From: Zootoca vivipara
Taxonomy: Eukaryota
Length of the DNA: 64,000 bases
NCBI RefSeq assembly: GCF_963506605.1
Contig: NC_083281.1
Coordinates: 86,986,001-87,050,000 of the forward strand
Reading direction: 5' to 3'
Shown one piece after another: positions 21,193-33,800 of the stretch (positions are counted from its first letter, which is position 1; every line of letters begins with the position of its first letter). A program made the translations under genes and the position numbers. The notes under the pieces are model-generated. The model did no database searches and was not told where the DNA came from. It saw only the letters and a program-made list of their open reading frames with translations.

Positions 21193-22774
21193 CTGGTGGA
21201 GAAGAGGAGGAGATAACGGAACAAAAGGAAGCTGAGCTCCTGCCAAACCCAGGCAAGGAAGGTGTATGAAATTATCAGGAACTCCAGGCCCTCTAGACCT
21301 GTCTATATTGCCCTTGGGATGTACCCAAGCCACACCTCTTAATGGCTCTGGATTTGAACCCTCCTCAGGTGTTGGAAAGTGTCCTTGAAGTCTGGCAATA
21401 CTCCTTGCTTGCCTGGACTGCAGAAAAAGGTTCCTCCCTCACCCTGCCACATTGGATCACAGATCCACATAATTGTAAAGTTGGAAGGGATCCCAGGTAT
21501 ACTGCCACTTATCGTGGAGGTTCTATCTCATAGCTGAAAGCTGCAGGTTGACCCATCCCCAAATTGTAAGTATCATCCTGGATCAGACCAATCCTGTCCA
21601 TTAGCTCTTTTTAACCCATTCATAAATGACCTGGCGTAGTGGCGTTAGGTTTTACCAAATTGTTCAGGGATGGTAAGGAGCCCCAAAAGGATCTCTCCAT
21701 GCTGGCCAAATGAGCAATAAAATAGCATTATTATTATTTTTAAGTACATTTCCCCTCCATTTCCTAGACAAAGGCCATAATACAGGTGAGCATCAGATCA
21801 GCACGGCCCAACTCTGAGCATGTGCAGAGTGCCTTCCCTTCTCAGGCCCCTAAGCAAGCCTTTGCTACACAACAGGAGTTTTTGTCAGCTGGAACAAAGG
21901 TAGCAAGGCAAGTAGTCCTTTGGATTTCCAGGTTGTTGGTTAACCAGATGACCAACCCTGGAAAGAAAGAAAAGTAAGAGCAAAGGTTGAAAGTAGGCGA
22001 AATTATCCTGCTTATGCACTTGCTTGCTGTAGGAATCTAACTGGAACTGGGGGACGGGGGACGGGGACTGGTTCATATTTAAATTACTATACTCCAAGTG
22101 GCAAAGGGACACCCAGAAATGGGACACTTCCATGGCCTTCCAGATGTCACTGAACTCACAATTTAACTCCTGCATTTGCAGCGGGTTGGACTGGATGATC
22201 CTTGGGGGTCCCTTCCAGCTCCACAATTCTATGATCTCTCACTATTCCTGATCATTGGCCAGGCAGGTTGGGGATGATGGGGGTTGGTGGTTGGTGCCAG
22301 AGAGCATTTGCAGAGCAGTAGGAGAGCAAAGGGTCATATCTCCCCCATTTCTGGAATCTAGATTAATTGGGGGGGGGATTATTTAGGGGATGAATGAGGG
22401 TAGATCACTTTTGACTGCATTGAAAGGGGGGGTAGAAGACAAAGAGATGCACTCCACACATGCTCAAACGCACAGTTGCTTGGTTGCTGGTTGTTGATTT
22501 TTTGCAGGCTGGACTAGATAGAAGACAACAACAGATCATAGGAAACTACCTTACTCGGATCCCTTGGTCCATCAAGCTCTGCATTGTCTACACTGACTGG
22601 CAGCAGCTGCTCTCCAGGGTTTCAGGCAAGGCGCACACACCTGCAGCCCTAAATGGGACCTTCTGCTTGCATGCAAGCCAGGTGCTGTACCCTTGAGAAT
22701 CAGCCCTTCCTTCCGAGCATCTCTGAGCGTGTGAACAGAAGTCGATTCGAATCTAGATCAGGCACCGGTGATTA

Positions 22775-23194
<420 letters not shown>

Positions 23195-23432
23195 TTAAGT
23201 ACCCGTGGCGCCACGCCTTCCCTTCCCAGGTAAGGGGCCGTCTCAAATTTCCTGCAACGTCTTTTTAGAGCATGCCATTTTGTATGCCTGTTTAAAAAGT
23301 GCTGGTTTGAAGCAGTGCCTTCAGTCTGAGTGTCCTGCTAAGGTCTGGGAGACCTGGGTTCAAATCCCCACTGGGCTATGAACCCGCTTGGATGCGACCT
23401 TGTCCCTGTCTTTCTCAGCCTATAACCTACCT

Positions 23433-23553
23433 GAAGAAGTGTGCATGCACACGAAAGCTCATACCAAAATAAAAACTTAGTTGGTCTTTAAGGTGCTACT
23501 GAAGGAATTTTTTTTATTTTACTTCAACCCAGACCAACACGGCTACCTACCTG
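23433..23553 (+). mobile_element. Penelope-like element terminal fragment inserted in an older SINE
   Basis: GAAGAAGTGTGCATGCACACGAAAGCTCATACC...GGTGCTACTG...CAGACCAACACGGCTACC, flanked by a TAACCTACCT duplication. Confidence 0.75.
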
Positions 23554-23963
23554 TAACCTACCTCTCAGGGTTGTTTTTTGGATTAAACGAGGAGGGAGGG
23601 AGAACCGTGTGAGCCAACGTTTTCGAGCAACTTGGAGAAAAATGGTAGGATATAGAATTCGACTCCCTCCGGAGGTTGAGGGCTCTCCTTCCATGGAGTT
23701 TTTTATTTTTTATTAGCAGAGATTGGATGGCCATCTGCCCTGGATGCTTTAGTCGAGATTCCTGCATTGCAGGGGGTTGGACTAGATGACTCTAGGGGTC
23801 CCTTCCAACTCCACAATTCTATGAAATGCATAACGGATCTTATGGGGGTCTCTCCATCACTGGAAGCTTTTTTAAAACTTTATTGCAAAGCAATTTACAT
23901 ATAACACAGACAAACAAGACAATAATGACAACTAAGCATTAACTAACAACACATCGTCCAACA

Positions 23964-24213
23964 CAGGGGTAGGCAACTTAAGGTCCGGGGGCTGGATGTG
24001 GCCCAATCGCCTTCTCAATTTGGCCTGCGGACAGTCTGGGAATCAGTGTTTTTTTACATTAGTAGAATGTGTGCTTTTATTTAAAATGCATCTCTGGATT
24101 ATTTGTGGGCCATAGGAATTAGTTCATTCCCCACCAAAAAATATAGTCCGGCCCACCACATGGTCTGAGGGACAGTGGACCGGCCCACGGCTGAAAAAGG
24201 TTGCTGACCCCTG
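23964..24213. mobile_element. hAT-Charlie-type MITE
   Basis: TIRs CAGGGGTAGGCAAC/GTTGCTGACCCCTG with TSD GTC(C/T)AACA. Related copies at about 32832-33050, 46888-47838 and 49483-49728. Confidence 0.8.
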
Positions 24214-24214
24214 G

Positions 24215-24600
24215 TCTAACATCACACACATTTTTGACTTCATCACCTCATTGTGCTTTCTACAAATTCTTAACCTTTACGCATTTGCTGTTATGTATAT
24301 CTGTTACATATCCAGAAAATTTTCTACATTTATAGTTTCCCTTAATATTCAAGATTCAGTCTAGACCTGTCAGGAGATTTGCATTTTCACAATATTGTTT
24401 TAGATATTCTTGAAATGTTATCCATTCTTTACACACTTTCTGGTTTGAGTTTCCTCTTTTTCTCCCATTCATTTTCGCCATTTCCAAGTAGCCTGTTCTA
24501 TCCTCTTCACCTGCCAGTCAAGCTTTGTAGGAACCGAGTTACATTTCCAGTTTCTTGCTGCTAAAATTCTAGCCACCGTAGTTGCAAACATAATTTTTTG
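24215..24600 (-). mobile_element. L1-like LINE 3' fragment
   Basis: The minus strand reads MFATTVARILAARNWKCNSVPTKLDWQVK...KEWITFQEYLKQYC, an L1 ORF2 C-terminus pattern. Confidence 0.7.
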
Positions 24601-24804
24601 GGGGGATTTCACTTGAAGCGTTTCAGCAGAGGTTGGATGGCCATCTATCAGGGATGCTTTAGTTGAGATACCTGCTTTGCAGGGGGTTGGACTAGATGAC
24701 CCTCAGGGGTCCCCCTTGACCAACTCTACAAGTGATCCCCCCTCCCCATCCCCACCCCTCCCCACCCCTTCTCTACATAAGTGCCTGGAAACTTCCATTT
24801 CACT

Positions 24805-24842
24805 GTATCTGAAGAAGTGTGCATGCACACGAAAGCTCATAC
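24805..24842 (+). ncRNA. Minimal type I hammerhead ribozyme motif in a Penelope-like terminal repeat (element about 24750-24900)
   Basis: GTAT-CTGAAGA-A-GTGTGCATGCACAC-GAAA-GC-TC-ATAC: stem I GTAT/ATAC, CUGANGA box, stem II hairpin, GAAA box and a palindromic AGCT in place of stem III. Confidence 0.65.
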
Positions 24843-24909
24843 CAAAATAAAAACTTAGTTGGTCTTTAAGGTGCTACTGAAGGAATTTTTTTTATTTTCT
24901 ACAATTATT

Positions 24910-25291
24910 CTAAGGCGCCGCCACAACCAAACGGCAGAGCTCCGCCCCGAGGCGCTTCCTAAACGCGGGCAGCAGGCTCTGCGCGTTCCGTGGGGTTGAC
25001 TCATTGTTCGCCCCGGCCAGGAGGCGGAGCGAGGCCCCGATTACTCCCCCTTCGGTGGGGCGGGCTCTGCCGTCAGCTGACTCCGCTGCATCAGCCAACC
25101 CTCCCGCCGGCGCCGCAGGGGAGGAGCTGCGGCCGAGTCGGGCTGAGAAAAAACAAAGCCGCGCTCCTGATCGGCGTCTGAATAGACGCCAAGAGGAGCG
25201 AATCCGGTTTGGGAGCATTGGCACCCCGAGGCGTGCAGACGAGGACCAGGAGCTAAAGCGAGCCCCGCCTTCAGCGTCTTTGGGAATCAAA
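24910..25291 (+). promoter_or_regulatory. CpG-island promoter and probable non-coding exon 1 of SLC66A1
   Basis: CpG-dense, with GC boxes (CCGCCC, GGGCGG) and a strong donor AAA|GTGAGT at 25291/25292. The next acceptor is at 27724. Confidence 0.7.
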
Positions 25292-26917
25292 GTGAGTTGA
25301 ATGATTGCGGTGGCGGTTCTCCCCAGGGGAAGAAGGGTTCCTAACCCGGGGTAGGGCACGATGTTTCCCTCCCCCGAGGACAAACCAGGGCAGGTATTTT
25401 TTTTAACCCTATTTTCCTTTCCCAGCCCAATTTCTTGAGGCTCGCTCAAAGGCCATGCTGATAAAAATTCATGATGCTAAGTACAATATGTTTATTTACT
25501 TTATAAATTTTATATACCGCTTGATTATTTTTTAAAGAAAACCTCAAAAGCAGTTTCCAAAAGGCAAAACGATAAAATTAGCACAGAAAAATAACAACAA
25601 TAATTTAAGGTGAAATAGCAATAGACTAAAAACAGATTAAAACTTGCACCAACTTCCTAATAATCTGGGAAGGCTTGCGTAAAAAATGTTTTTAGCCGGC
25701 ACCGAAAAGAGTAGAGCGAAGGCTCCTGCCTGATTTCAATGGGCAGGGAGTTCCAAAGTGCAGCCACACAAGAAAGATTGAGTTATTACTGTCTATCATT
25801 ATTCCTTGATGACTGTCTTGCAAATGAAATGGAGACCACCTGGGGCTTAGATTTACCAGGAGGCTGTTATGGGACTCGCAAGCCCCCATCCCAGAATCAC
25901 TGAAGGCCTTGGGCGTGGTTCCTACTTTCTTACAAAATTTAAAAAAGCCACTCTGCCTGTGCTCAGAGGCCTTCCTGTGTCCCAGAACTGCCCCCAGGCT
26001 TAGGGGGGGGAAAGGGGGTAATGATGCCAGCGGAAAACCTTATTATTAACTGGAGTTTGGTAGGGAGGAAACTTTTTTGTTCCTTCTCTTTGATGGTATA
26101 TTGAACGTTTTTAGATGGGTGGGAGAAGCTGAATCGTGGCCCATTACAACTGCTACTCTTTTTACAAGACCTCCAATTGGCTTCTTTCATTCCCAGACTT
26201 TTGCAAAGGTGGAAAGCAGTGGTAGACAAGAGTAACCCTGGGCATGTGCCGAGTGTATTCCTCCATCTTTGCTCACAGCCAATTTGGAATTAGCTTCTTT
26301 GTGTTCCACCTGCTAGATCTTTCCTGGGGAAGGTCATTGTGGGTGCTATTCTGGCTCCGTTTTTTTGCAACTCTTTCTTTTTTTGAAACAATCGCCCTAT
26401 TCCTGCCGTGACGGATAGAGGCTAACTAACTCAAAAGTTCTGGCCCCTAGCTATAGCAGAGTAGATTTCCCCCACCAAATTTCCATTGGGCCAAAGGGTC
26501 ACTGTCACTTTGGGACAGTTCCTTCTTGGCTATTGTGAGAGAGCAGGATACGCTCTAAATTCTCCAAGTGATCTTTGTACATGAGGGCTGGTGGTTTTGT
26601 GACCGCGTTTCCACCCCTGATCTGTAAAATGAAAAACAGCCTCTTGTCCTCACCTAGAACAGACTAGGGATGGGTGGGCGGGCGGAGGGGACAGACTCCA
26701 CTGGACTTCTCAGACAGACATTTGGATACCAAACCAGGTCACTGAAGTTGTGTGTCACCCTCCTGTTTACACACACCCAGGTGAAGTGCTCTGGAATCTG
26801 GTCTTGCTTCTCGAGTCGACTCCAGTCAAATGTTTTTTTTTTTTTTTGAAAAAAACTTTACACTTTCTTGTTTGGCTGGCAAAAAGAAAAGAAAAAAAGA
26901 ACCCAGTTTTGGAAGAC

Positions 26918-26921
<4 letters not shown>

Positions 26922-26986
<65 letters not shown>
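26922..26986 (+). repeat. (TC)n(TG)n microsatellite
   Basis: Read directly from the sequence. Confidence 0.95.
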
Positions 26987-26987
<1 letters not shown>

Positions 26988-27835
26988 ACGTGCGCCAGAA
27001 TGAAAATGAATTTTTGTGCTGAAATGACGCTTTGTGTCTGCAAAACAAGAATATGTGCTGGGGTGGGCAATTATTGCCGGCTAAAGTCCTCTCTCTTTTT
27101 CTTTGGCTGTGGGATTGTGAAAGGGCTCCCTGCTCACGAGACAAGTGTGACTCTTCCCTGAGCTGTGTGGTTTTTTTTTGTTTTTTTTTTTACTTCTGGC
27201 ACTCATGTCAGCTGTCCAGGTCCCAGAAAAAGTGCTTTACAAGAGCAGCTGCTTGGGACAGTGACCAGGTTGGGGTGGGTGGATTGAAAGAGATGGCCTT
27301 TACTGAGGTTTGGGGGATTTCCCTTGACATTTGGGTCCCAGGTTGGTAGTTGGAGATATACTGCTCCTGAACTTGGAGGTTCCATTAAGCCCCAGTGGCA
27401 AATAGCTGTATTGGGTTGCATCCAATGTTAGAGTAGACCAACCACACAGTTTGACTAATTTAGGTTCATTCATTTTGGTGGGTCTTCTTAGTTGGATACA
27501 ACCCTTCTCCTACCTGATTCCCTCTAGAATGGTGTTTATTTAGCATTCTAGGTTAAAATTTGTGTCTGAGAAGCCTTTTTACCTAAAGGGGAAAGTTTTT
27601 AGCAGGCGTCAGGAAGAATACAATAATTGATTATTGTCAACTAGCAGGGAGTTTCAGAGTGCAGCCACACAAAAAGACTGGTTCCTTACTATGGCTTTTA
27701 TTTCTTTCCTTTCTTCCTTGGCAGGTTCACGGTTCGGCTATGGACAAATAATCCTGCCCCTCATGTTTCGTGTGACTTCGGCGGCCTTGCCTCCCTTTCC
27801 CTAAATTCCCTAAATTGAGTTTTTGCTCAAGCACG

Positions 27836-30810
27836 ATGCCGCTTCACCTGAAAATGATCAGTTTCCAGAGTATGAATTTCTCCGATTGCCCCAATGGCTC
27901 CCAGTGGGTTTGGGAGATATTCCACGAATGTGCACAGGACGGCTGGGACATATCCAGCGTGGTGCTGGGCTTGCTTTCCATCTTCTGCTTTGCTGCCGCG
28001 GCTTTCCCGTAAGTAACAAAAGGCAAAAATACAACAACTGTTGCTTCCTCTTTGGTTGACTTGAGTGATCAGATCTCCTAATTGAAGAACTCTACAACCC
28101 ACTGCTGGAATGACGGGCGGGTTTATCATTGCTGACGCAACGTTTTTTTGGTAGACGTGAGTCACTTCCCGCTCGAGCAAGTCTCCTCCTGCCCTCTGGA
28201 AACACCGAGCTTTCCTCTTTTTTTTCCTTCCTTTGCAATAGCAATGACAAAATCCCTCCAAATGAGACACAAAGCTCATGTAGCTGGCTGGAAACTCGAG
28301 CAAGGTAGTGAGCCTTTGTGCTGCAACATTTTGTTGCAGTTCTCACCTACGTTGTTGCTAAAGAAAAGCCCGGGAAAGATATCTACCTATTACTCACCAA
28401 ATGGATCCAGGCCAGGTTGCGAAAACATAATTTAAAATAAAAAAATTCCTTCAGTAGCACCTTAAAGACCAACTAATTTTTTATTTTGGTATGAGCTTTC
28501 GTGTGCATGCACACGAAAGCTCATACCAAAATAAAAATTTAGTTGGTCTTTAAGGTGCTACTGAAGGAATTTTTTTATTTTGCTTTGACTCAGACCAACA
28601 CGGCTACCTACCTGTAACTATAATTTAAAATGAAGTGCATAGGTGAAGCAGCAATCGTTACTTGCTTCAGATGTCTTGAGAAAGATTGCTGTGTGAAAAA
28701 ATGGTTGCAGGCTAGGTGGCCCATTGGCCCGATACAGCAGCTCTTCTTGCCCTGACCCAAGATTGAAGACCCTGTCTTTATTTGTCTGAATTTCCTGAAA
28801 TTTTATTTGTTTTTGTATGCTTTTCTGCTCACCAGAACTTAATTAACCTTTAATTTAATTAACCTGTAAGTTTCAACTCACCAACACAGCACAGGCCAAA
28901 AAAAGCAGGTTTTGCAAAACATTAAACAATTGTAACTTAATCAACCTTTGGTTGATTTGATTGACATCCTATGACATTTTAAAATGTGGTGGGATGTGTT
29001 TTTTTGGGTGGGTGTTATTGGGTGGTATTGTTGTTTATTTTGATTATTTATCTTGTGGTTTTATATTTTGATTTTATTCTCTGAACTGCCCTGAGACCTC
29101 CAGGTATAGGGCGGTATATAAATTCAACAAATAAAATCAAAAAAGAAACAACTGTTTTGCTGTTTACACCTTGCATTTTTGTTTCAGCGATGTTGCTTGT
29201 TTGTTCTTGCATCCTACACTTTTTAGAGATTAAAAAATATCATGCAGTTTATGCACACTTTTAAATAAACGAATGTAAAATAAAACCCGTAAAACCAACT
29301 AATATCAAAGTAGCAAAACAGAAGCACAGAACTATCTCTCTATATAAAAAGTACTAGAAATATTGTAACCGTGTGTGTATATGTGTCTGTGTCTGTCTAC
29401 ATCATACTTCTACAATCATACTTTTTTGACTGGGGGCCTGGTCACCTGGAGATATCATTTGCTTGCCCTAGGTGACCAAGCAAAGCTTGACCGGCAAGCC
29501 TACTCTAACAGCTTCTTCCTCCAATGTCTCCCTGCTGCAGCCAATACTACCTGGCCTGTAAAACTGGGATTATGGACCAGGCGTTATCTGTCTACTTCCT
29601 GTTGGGATGGTTGGGAGGAGACTCTTTAAACCTGATTGGGTCGTTCTTGGCTGACCAGCTACCACTACAGGTAAGAGGAGCCTTTCTGCAGCAGAGTAAA
29701 CAGAACTGAATCGGATGCCCTCATCCATGTTTTGCGTGGTTTAAAATAAGGACCACTGTTCTGCTCTAGTCAGACCTCATCTGGGAGTCCTGTGTCCAGT
29801 TCTGGGCATCCCAGTTTAAGGATACAGTGGTACCTCTACTTACAAATAACTCTACTTACGAATTTTTCTACTTGGAAATGGAGCTCCGTCCGCCATCTTG
29901 GATGCGGTTTAGATAGGATTTTTTCTACTTACGAATTTTTAGATAGGGTTGCTTCGACTTACGAATTTTTTCTCCCAATGCTTTCCTATGGGATTCGACT
30001 TACAATTTTTTTCGACTTACAAATGTGTGTTCGGAACACATTAAATTCGTAAGTAGAGGTACCACTGGTATTGACAAGCTGGAATGGTATTGACAAGCTG
30101 GAATGCCGAGGAGCGTGACCCAAGAGCAGGCATAGGCAAACTCCGGCCCTCCAGATGTTTGGGACTACAATTCCCATCATCCCTAGCTAACAGGACCAGT
30201 GGTCAGGGATGATGGGAATTGTGGTCCCAAACATCTGGAGTTTGGCAATGCCTGATCAAGGGTCTGGAAACCAAGCCATATGAGGAACGGTTGAGGGAGT
30301 TGGGGATGTTTAGCCTGGAAAAGAGGAGACATGAGAGCCATCTTGTAACATCTCAAGGGCTGTCGCATGAAAGAGAGAACAAGCTTGTTTTCTCCTGCTC
30401 TGGAGGGTAGGACTCGAACCAATGGCTTCAAGGAACAAGAAAGGAGATTCCGACTAAACATCAGGAATAACTTTCTGCCTATAAGAGCTGTTTGACGGTG
30501 GAACGCACTTTCTTTGGAAGGTGGCGGGATGCTCCTTCATGTGAGGTTTTAAAACAGAGGTTGGGTAGTCACCTGTCAGAGACTCTTTAGCTATGATTCT
30601 TGCATTGCACCATGGGGTTGGGCTAGAAGACCTTTGGGGTCCCTCCCAACTCTACAATTCCGAGATTCTATGGAAATGAATTCAGTGAAAGAACGTGATT
30701 TGTGACTGCAGTTTAAGGCAATCTTTTTCCCACACTTGATCACTTTGTGGAATCGGTATAGGCCTGGGTGCAGAATTTTAATTCTTTTAAATTCAGAGTT
30801 GCTGTTGACA

Positions 30811-30890
<80 letters not shown>

Positions 30891-33800
30891 CCACAGGTAT
30901 ACACAGCCATCTATTACGTACTGGCAGACCTGCTTATGATGTCTCTCTACCTCTATTACAAAGTCAAGAACCAGAACAGAACCTGTAAGTTTCAACTCAC
31001 CAACACAGCATTAACGCAGGCCAAGAAAAGCAGGTTTTGCTAAACATAAAACAATTGTAACTTTAGAAAAACAAACCAAAACATTAGCCCTGTTTTCAGG
31101 AAATACCTTCAACACAAGTTGGGGCCCCATTTTGGGGTTTGGGGCATGCAACTTAATTCTAGTTTTTATCTCTGGGCATGTGCAGAGTTCTCTGCCCTGC
31201 TTTGCCTATGGTTAACAACGAACTGAAGTACCAGGGCTGCAGTTTTCCTGGAAGATACTTTAAACCTTTCTACTCAGTGCTCACTGACTTCCAGGGTGGA
31301 ATGCAAGCTGCAATGGGTGGGGTGTGGGTGTGCACTCTGTACATGCTCTAACGCTCACTTAATTGGCTCCAGGGCTCAACATCTACCCTGCCGACTGCAT
31401 AACCATGTTCCTGTCCGATACTGTACATTTTAACTGTTGTCAATTTCAATAGTGCCATCGGTTTGTGTGATGCTTTAGAGCAGGGGTCCCCAAACTACGG
31501 CCCCCGGGCCGGATGCGGCCCAATCGGCCTCCCAATCCGGCCCGCGACGACCCCCGCCGCCCGCTGCCGCCACCCGCTCTTACGGCGCGCGGCGCGGCGA
31601 CGATCAGAAAAATCGGCAAAAAATCGCCGAAAATCCTTTTTGCGCATGCATATGGGCCTCTCCCGACCCAGAAGAGGTCATTTCCGATGCACTTCCGGGT
31701 CGGGGGAGGCCCATACGCATGCGCACAAGCGATTTTCGGCGATTTCCCCCCCGCCCGTGTGCGTGTGCGCATGCGCACGGGCGCGCACTCCCCCGCCCTC
31801 CGGCCCGCTGCGCGCGCACTCCCCTGACCTCCGGCCCGCCGCGCGGTCGGCGCGGCGGGCACCGGCCCACTACGCGGAAAGTCTGGGGACCCCTGCTTTA
31901 GAGAGTACAAAAGGGCAGATCATTGTCTCAAAACACCTACAATCTAAAGTTTGGCGGGGATTCATAGAAGCCTTGAGTCAGTCTTAAATCCCAATCCTTA
32001 AAACTTCCCCCACCCTTTAAAACAAAGGACTTGCCTCTCCATCTGTTAATTTCATCAAACTTTTTTGATCTGTTAACTCTGTGAACAACTTCCTGGCTGT
32101 TGATAATGAATTTATCTTTCCCCTTTTTTGAGATATTTTAACACTGAGGCTGAAGGTCAGTGGCAGGGTGTCATTTTGGGATTGTTCCCCTAAAGGAAAA
32201 TGGGACCCAGGTGGCGCTGTGGATAAACCACTGAGCCTAGGGCTTGCTGATCAGAAGGTCGGCGGTTCGAATCCCTGTGACGGGGTGAGCTCCCATTTCT
32301 TGGTCCCAGCTCCTGCCAACCTAGCAGTTCGAAAGCACGTCAAAATGCAAGTAGATAAATAGGAACCGCTACAGCGGGAAGGTAAACGGTGTTTCCATGT
32401 GCTGCTCTGGTTTGTCAGATGCGGCTTTGTCATGCTGGCCACATGACCTGGAAGCTATATGCCGGCTCCCTCGGCCAATAATGCGAGATGAGCGCGCAAC
32501 CCCAGAGTCGGTCACGACTGGACCTAATGGTCAGGGGTCCCTTTACCTTTACCTAACACTGAGGCTGAAGGTCAGTGGCAGGGTGTCATTTTGGGATTGT
32601 TCCCCTAAAGGAAAATCTGTTACTGATGTCATAATTCTGGCCCCTGAATGTACCCCCAAAAAGCCACAGTAGGGCTAAACATTCCTAATAATGATTTATG
32701 ATTGACTAATTGCACTTTTTTCCTCTGTTGAGCTCATGTAATCCCCACAACCACCTGACTTTTATAAGACATCTCAAGGCAGCCCTGTATAGGGAAGTTT
32801 TTAATGTTTGGCGTTTTATTATGTTTTTATACAGGGGTCAGCAATTTTTTTCAGCAGGGGGCAGGTCCACTGTCCCTCAGAGCTTGTGGGGGGCTGGACT
32901 ATCTTTTGAAAACAACAACAACAAATTCCTATGCCCCACAAATAACCCAGAGATGCATTTTAAATAAATGCACACATTCTACTCATGTAAAAACACGCAA
33001 ATTCCTGGACTGCCCGCAGGCCGGATTAAGAAGGCGATTGTTTGCCTACCCATGTTTTTCTGTGTCTCAGAGTGGCTGGGGCAACCCAGCCAGATGGGCA
33101 GGGTACAAATAATAAAATTATTATTATTACTTTGGGAAACTTTTTAAGGGGGTTTCCCATCCCCTTGTTCACACGCCCCCCCCCCTCTGGCCAGCTTTCT
33201 GGCTTATCCTAAAGCAACTTCTCTCTTTCCCTCCTCAGTCTCCGCTTCAATCAATGGCGCGTTTGCGTTCCTCGTTGTGGGAACGGTGTCTGTGACCTCC
33301 TTCCTGGGCAGACCCTCCTCTCTCTCCGAAGACGACACTGCGCACTTCAGAGGGAGGATGCTTCTCTTGTCTGCAGAAGATAGTCCTGGATGGGAGGTGG
33401 GCTTGTTTTTTTGTTTCACCTAAAGATTGGAAGCTGGAGGTCATGTGAGGCACAGGGCAAGCCTGGTGCTCAGGTTTCCCCTAGAAGAAACCCTTCCCAA
33501 TTTATGACCTACAGTGGTACCTCGCAAGACGAATGCCCTGCAAGACGAATGCGTCTTGCGATCTGATGGTGACTTGCAAGACGAATTCGTTTTGCGAAAA
33601 ATTCTGAATCGCGGATTCCCGTAGGAATGCATTGAAATTTAATTAATGCGTTCCTATGGGCAAAAAAAGAAAATTCAATGCATTCCTATGGGAAACCGCG
33701 ATTCGCAAGACGAATTTTTCACAAAGCGAATTGACTCGCGGAATGAATTAAATTTGTCTTGCGAGGTACCACTGTAGTTAGGACAGATGTATGATGTTTC

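Noticed and set aside
24910-25449. 179-aa antisense ORF over the SLC66A1 promoter
   Set aside because: A stop-poor GC-rich CpG island with a non-ATG start and no recognisable domain.
31446-31987. CpG-island-like block with several overlapping ORFs
   Set aside because: It is bounded by hAT TIRs and an 8-bp TSD, so it is a young GC-rich MITE rather than a promoter or gene.
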